Shown: piece by piece, positions 58,302 to 64,000 of the stretch
Position numbering within the stretch: position 1 is the first letter of the stretch
Layout: each line of letters begins with the position of its first letter
NCBI GenBank assembly: GCA_050950285.1
Contig: JBMNHG010000003.1
Span: 186,001 to 250,000 of the forward strand
DNA length: 64,000 nucleotides
Direction of reading: 5' to 3'
Source of the DNA: Kiritimatiellia bacterium
GTDB taxonomy: Bacteria > Verrucomicrobiota > Kiritimatiellia > RFP12 > JBMNHG01
Made by a program: the position numbers and the translations under genes
The notes under the pieces: model-generated
The model's input: the letters and a program-made list of their open reading frames with translations, nothing else
What the model was told of the DNA's origin: nothing
Database searches by the model: none

Positions 58302-59884
58302 CGCAGGCTGCTGGTCCGCGGGGGCGGCGGATGCTTCGAAGTGGAGTGGGACGCCGACGCGAAAGTGACGCCGACGGGCTCCGTCGTGTTCTTCGCCCAG
58401 TACCTTAAGACCGGCGGCCTGCTGGATCGTTTCTGCGACTCCTCGCCGCTGGAGTACAAGAGCAACAATGCCCCCGCCGCGCGCGACGTGATGGGGACGC
58501 TGCTGCTTTCCGTCCTCAACGGGCAGACGCGTTACGCCCACATCAACGCGCTGCGTTCCGACCGCGTCGGGGCCGAGGTCCTGGGGCTTGGCAAGGTGGT
58601 GTCCGAAGACAGCGTCCGCAGGGCGCTGGGCCGCGGGACGGAAGAGGCCTGGGACACGTGGCTGGCGGGGCTGGAGCGGACGGTCGTCGAGCCGCTGCTC
58701 GCCGAGGCGTACGTCCTGGACATCGACAGCACGGTCAAGCCGCTCTACGGCCATCAGGAGGGCGCGGAGCTGGGTTACAACCCCAAGAAGCCGGGGCGGC
58801 CCAGTCACAACTGCCACACGTACTTCATCGGCGCGCTGCGCCTCGTGCTGGGCGTCGACGTGCAGCCCGGGAAGCAGCACTCGGGGGGTTGCGGCATGCC
58901 CGGCCTGTGGAAGCTCATCGACTCGCTTCCGCCCGGGTGCCGCCCGCGGCTGATACGCGGGGACGTGGGCTACGGCAGCGAGAAGGTCATGGCGCAGGCC
59001 GAGGCGCGCGGGCAGCCCTACCTGTTCAAGCTGAGGCGCTCGCCGAAGATCAAGTCGCGGCTCCGGGAGCTGGCGGCGCCCGGCCGGGCGTGGACCGACG
59101 CCGGCGAGGGCTGGCAGGCGTCCGAGAGCCGCCTGAAGCTGGCCGGCTGGACAGCCGAGCGACGGTGCGTGTTCCTGCGCCGCCCCGCGCGCGCGGAGCC
59201 GCCCCGCCCCTCCGGGCCGGAGTTCGCCTTCGCCCCGGAGGTCACGGACGCGCGGACATGGGACTATGCCGTGCTGGTGACCAACGACGGAACCCTGGAC
59301 GCCATGGCCCTGTCCCAGTTGTACAGGGACCGGGCGGACTGCGAGAACGTGTTCGACGAGATCAAGAACCAGTGGGGCTGGGGCGGCTTCGTGACCCGCG
59401 ACCTGCGGCGCTGCCGCATCATCGCCCGCATCGTCGCCCTGGTCTACAACTGGTGGAACATCTTCACGCGCCTCGCCCGGCCCGACAGCCACATGGAGGC
59501 GGTCACATCCCGGCCCCTGCTGCTCCACGCGGTCGGCCGGCTGGTCACCACCGGCCGCCGGAAGATCGTGCGCCTGACCTCGACGCACGCCCTGGGCGGA
59601 CAGGTCCGCCTCGTCCTGGACAGGATCGGCAGGTTCATGAACAACCTCGCGGCAATTGCGGAGCAGTTGAGCGCCGGGCAGGTCTGGGCGATCATTTTGT
59701 CGGCGGCGTTCGTCAAATGGCTGCGCGGAAGGGTGCTCTACCCAGTCTCAGAAGGCGACCAAATGATGCTCCGGCTGATAACTTGAAAGTTCAACTGCTC
59801 TTTTTAGGTTTAAAATATTCGGGCCAGAATAGAGCGACCACTTATATCGATTTCTGTAGCGTCCAAAGTCGTAACTTGTTCCGT

Positions 59885-62630
59885 TTACGTGTATCCCAAT
59901 GTGCCCGTCTTATATGTGTGCAAATAAAGATCAAACAACCCGAGAAAATCAACTTCATTAACTCCGTTGTTCCCGCAGAACGCATACAGATTCACCCCGC
60001 CGACTTCATTGATGGAATCGCGGTTGAGCCAGCGGTGGAGGGCCGGGTCATAGAAACGGTAGCCGTAGTAGTAAAGCCCCGTTTCAGTGTCGTAATATTT
60101 TGTGCTGAAGCGGTGGTGGAAGGTGTCGCTTATCGAGCCTGTGGCGGTAATTGTTGAGCCGAAGGCATCGTAAATGTATTCTGCCACGATCACGCCTTGC
60201 TCGTCGATGTAGGCGGTGATGTTGCCGTTGTTGTCAACGCAGGGCAGGTAGAACTGCCCGTTGATGGAAACGGCCAGCAAGCCGCCGACGCCACCCGCGC
60301 CTTGGAGCGTACCGGAGAGGTCAGGCCCCCAGAAGTACTGGATTTCCGAAACGTCGCCGTTGCCCGCCGTCACGGTTTCGTGGATCAAGTTCCAGCCGTC
60401 ATAGACGAAGGCGTGAACCGCCTCGGGCGTGGCCTTCAGGACGCGGCGGGAAAGATAGTCGTAGGCGTTGGAAACGACGCAGACGTTGTTTGAGGACACC
60501 GTGACAAGCCGATTCTCGCAATCCCACGTGTAAGACCAAACGCCATTGGTCAGCATGTTTCCATCGAGGTCATGGACAGGATTACAGGATTGGACAAGAT
60601 TTGAGAAGGATGTGTATTGGTTCAGGGCATTCGCCGTGTAAGCCGTCGTGGCAGAGTTAACGGATGAAGTCGTATGATTTCCGATGTGGTCGTAGGCGTA
60701 GGCGTATTCGTTGGATGCGACGGTGGCGGAAACGACTTCCGAACGGGCGTTGTAGCCGAAGGCGTCGGCGTTGCGGGCGGCGAGGCGGTCGAGCGCATCG
60801 AACGTGTGCGCGTATCGGCTGACCTCCACGCCGTCGAACGCATGGACAATGGAGGTGACGCGGTTCGGGCGGTAGGCGTCGCGCGCGAGCGTCCGCGTGA
60901 AGACCGCGCCGGAGGGCAGTTCGACCGAATGACCAAACGAGCGCCCGGCAAAGTTGGTGTAGGCGGCCACAAGCCCGCGCCCCTGGGCGTTGGTGGCGGC
61001 GACCTGCGCCAGCCTGCCCGAGTCCGCATAGGCATGCCACGTTCCGCCTCGCGGTGCGCCGCTGACGCGCAAGGTCGTGGAGACCGAGCGGCCGTTGGCG
61101 TCGAGGATTCGGGCGATGGCGTTCGTGGCGGAGTCCGCGGCGGCGGTCTCGTTCGTCGGCGAGGCGGCGGAAGCGCCGTAGGCGTAGCCGTGGCGGCGTC
61201 CGGCGGCGTCGGCCACGGCGACGAGCCGCCCGAAGGCGTCGTAGGACAATTCATGGCCCGGCGTGCCGGGGTCGGAGTACGAGACGGCGGCGGGAAGCCG
61301 CCGGTCGTTGTACGCGACATGACGCCATGCGCCGCGCACCCAGGTGGTGCGCTCCGGCAGGCCGTCGGCCGTCCAGCCATGCGCAAGCGTGGAGCCGTCG
61401 GCATGGACCTTGTTGGTGACCAGCCCCGTGGCGGGGTCGTAGTTCCACTGCGTGACGTCCCACGTTGCGCCGTCGCGGGTGGTGAAGAGGGACTTCAGGC
61501 GCCCCGTCGCGTCGTAGCCGTAGCCCACCGGATGGACGGCGCCGAAGCGCACGGCGAGGCGTCCGGCGGAGTCGAAGAGCGAATAGGCGATGCATCCCAT
61601 TTCGTTGGTGGAGGCGACGAGGTTGCCGCGCGCGTCGAAGCCGTTGAACCGGGCGACGTTGTTCCAGTGCGGGGTGCCGCCGATGAAGCGGGCGGAGGCG
61701 TAGACGTCGCCGACGCTGTCGCGCATGGCGAGGGTGCGCCAGTGGAAGCGTTCGCCCGTGAACTCCCGCGTGAGGTAGACGCGGCCGTAGGGGTCGAAGT
61801 AGTTGTAGCGGGTGACGCCGTCGGCGTCCGTCGCCTCGATCTCCCGCCCGAACATGCGCTTGCGCGTCGTGGTCGCCATGCCGGTGCGTTCGAGGGTGTC
61901 GGTGGACACCTTGGCGACCGGGTCGAACGACGTGGCGACGCGCGTGGTCGCGCCGTCGGCCTCGGTTTCGACGCAGGAGCGCAGGGCGTTGGAAAGCCCC
62001 GTCAGGCGCGTGCGGGACACGGAAAGCCCGTTGGTCCGGCCGTCGGCCGTCAGGAAGGAGGTCGCGACGCGCCACCAGACGTTGGAGCGCAGTTCGTAGG
62101 TGGTGAGCGACATCGACGCCACGCCGTCGGCCACGCTTCCGATGGCGTCGCCGAGTTCGTCGTAGAGGGGCGTCGCGACGCTTCCGGAGCGGATTTCCGT
62201 TTCCGACGCGATGCGGCGCGAACTGCCGTGGTAGGCGTATTCCGTTCGGGAGAGCGGCGTTTCGGAAGCGGCGATGCGCCCGAGGAAGTCGTATTCCACC
62301 ACGCTGTTTGTGACCGTGGGAGCGTCGGACGTGGCGAGGGTGGCGATTTCGATTCGCCGCCCGTCCGGGGCGAACGTGGTGGTGGTGCTTGCTTCCGTCC
62401 ATTCGCCGTCCCATTCCCGGCGGGTGGTGGAACCGCCGCCGCGCACGGTGCGCGAGGTGGTGCGCATCAGAAGCGCGGAGCCGTCGAAGGTGTCCGTCGT
62501 CCGGATGGTTTCAGCGGGGGTTTGGGTGAACGCGGTTTGGGTGACGAGTCCCCGCGCGTCGGTGTGGACTTGGAAGTCGGATATGCCATGGGGATAGCTC
62601 GTGGTTTCCGACGCTTCCCATCCGTAGCTG
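59885..62630 (-). pseudogene. Large orphan Rhs fragment (N-terminally truncated; toxin tip frameshifted and IS-interrupted)
   Basis: Numerous YD repeats; FWGPDLSGTLQGAGGVGGLL, YDAFG, HRFSTK, YYYGYRFYDP, RWLNRD, VDFLGL. Confidence 0.88.
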
Positions 62631-62740
62631 GTTTTGCGAAGCGTTGCGATGTCAATCGATCGCATGAAGTTTATTGCGAATTTTCGCACAACCAAAGCAA
62701 CACGTGAAAGTGCTGAAAAAAGCTTAAAAAGTTTAATTTT

Positions 62741-63023
62741 CATTTCTCAACCTCCTTAATCAGTCGCGAGCCTTTCCTGCTAATGGTTGAGACATTCTTC
62801 AAGATGGTATTGCGGCGAAGCTTCACAATCGCAAACTCCCCATTTTTTCATATACAGCGAAACACGAACAATGTCTGAATGTCCGTCAAATGTCGCTTCT
62901 GACTGATCGGGAAGTTTTACGCGCCGACGAACTCCCAATTCACCTATTACCCAGATAAGGCTATTGGTTGGGACGGCATCAACGGGCAGAATTATTCCAC
63001 GTCTGTCAACAAGAATGGGGGCG
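62741..63023 (-). pseudogene. 3' end of a low-GC gene cut by IS1380-B copy 2, coupled to a truncated downstream gene start at 62743
   Basis: Open frame ILVDRRGIILPVD...RLIKEVEK* ends in ATGA, overlapping MKIKLFKLF (AAGGAGG RBS). Confidence 0.5.
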
Positions 63024-64000
63024 CCCTAAACTGCGGGAGATTTGGCGCGAGGGCGTTTCGAAGGGCCGGGAGCACGGTTTGACGGCTGTCGGGAGGGGGA
63101 TCGAAGGGTGCCGGCTCTCCGTCGACGCCCTGCTTGTTCCTTTTCCAGGCGTTTCCAGCCTTGGGGAGGGCGTCGGGCGCCCTTCCAGGCGAAATCCAGG
63201 CAGGCTCCGCCGCGGCCGGGCTGTCGCCCGTCCGTCCGGAGCCGTCCGGTTCCGGCTTTTGCCTCGCGCTACGTCGATTCGGTGGGCTGCACCCGGCAGG
63301 GGAACGCCTCGAGCAGCTCCAGGACGCGCTTCACCCACTCCTTCGGGGCGGCGAAGCGCAGGACGATCTTGCGGCTGAGCCGCGAAAGGCGCGCGCCGGC
63401 CGTCAGCACGTGGAAGCGCACGCCGCGCACGCGCCGCACGCGGTTCTCCGGCTCCGGGTCGGCCGCCCGGAGCGCGGCGGCCATGTTGTAGGCCACCGCG
63501 TTGAGCGCGAACCAGGCCGCGTTGGCCCCGAACTTCTGGCTCGGCGGGCGGGCCGCCGCCAGGTCGTTCTTCATTTCGTCGTGGACGTGCTCGACCGTGC
63601 CCGCCTTCCCGCGGTGCCATTCGACGACCTTTTCGCCCGACTCCGCCCGGTTGGTCGCCACGGCGAAGTGCTTGCGGTCGTTCCCGTCGTCGAAGAGCTC
63701 GCCCTGGGGCTTGAGGAAGCGGAGCCCGATGCAGCGCCGGGGGCGCGCATGCTTGTTCTCGGAGCGCAGGCCGGGGACGTAGTCGAGCTCGGCCCACTGC
63801 TTGAGCGTGCCGTCCGGTTCGCGGTCGAACGTCTTCCACGCATCTTCGGGGACGCGGCGCGCGGCGGCCGCCACTTCCGGGACCATCCGGACGCTGATCG
63901 CGTAGTCGATCCTGCCCCGCGGGCCGCCCTCGCGCTCCGGATCCTCGAGCCAGCCGTACAGGTCGTTGTTGTCGCAGGCGCTGTCGCCGCGAAAGCCGAA
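63024..64000 (-). mobile_element. IS1380-family element B, copy 2 (runs off window)
   Basis: Appears identical to 56491 onward (offset 6533); transposase stop at 63269. Confidence 0.93.

Larger units (their letters stand above)
56422..59786 (+). pseudogene. IS1380-family transposase of element A, split (56422-56490 + 58308-59786)
   Basis: Removing element B and one TSD restores MNDTVAYG...AEIRR|LLVRGGGG in frame; LDIDST, RGDVGYG, YRDRADCENVFDEIK. Confidence 0.88.
56279..59808 (+). mobile_element. IS1380-family element A (outer), interrupted by element B
   Basis: 17-bp perfect IR CCTAAAAAGAGCAGTTG (56279-56295) / CAACTGCTCTTTTTAGG (59792-59808); 5-bp TSD TTTAA on both sides. Confidence 0.92.

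Noticed and set aside
56601..59786. 1061-aa transposase ORF
   Set aside because: Artefact: the antisense of element B reads into the 3' part of the element A transposase.

Overview
A high-GC bacterial chromosomal window. Gene content and protein style suggest the PVC superphylum, probably Kiritimatiellia or Lentisphaerae (inference only). Housekeeping blocks alternate with three accessory islands. The housekeeping blocks are rpsT-mutS-uvrB, a three-gene uncharacterised membrane 'peptide transporter'/FtsX-like cluster, a wecA-like glycosyltransferase, an exonuclease, an LRR lipoprotein, an outer-membrane protein, rhamnulokinase, tatD, a polysaccharide lyase, rpmI-rplT, tRNA-Ser and argG-ribBA-uroD-like. 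Island 1 (1-6.9 kb) is a defence-type island: a nucleotidyltransferase TA-like pair, MITE/REP elements, an RT-deleted group II intron remnant, an EcoRI-family methylase with a DUF262-HNH nuclease, and two AAA_14/DUF4143 ATPases. Island 2 (30.9-43.9 kb) is the most novel-looking part. It is a polymorphic-toxin-like locus built on a 1969-aa signal-peptide protein with Ca-binding DxDxDG repeats and a C-terminal alpha/beta-hydrolase. Downstream lie alternative C-terminal tips that begin at a shared ~68-bp sequence, and the tips that reach the C-terminus are translationally coupled to paralogous membrane-anchored immunity-like genes. A DUF6973-like toxin remnant lies upstream. Island 3 (50.75-64 kb) is an Rhs graveyard. 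It holds one toxin C-terminus that looks like an animal-type AMOP domain, an IS1634, and an IS1380 nested inside another IS1380, both with intact target duplications. No CRISPR array, rRNA, integrase or intact reverse transcriptase was seen. All calls are by eye, without database searches.
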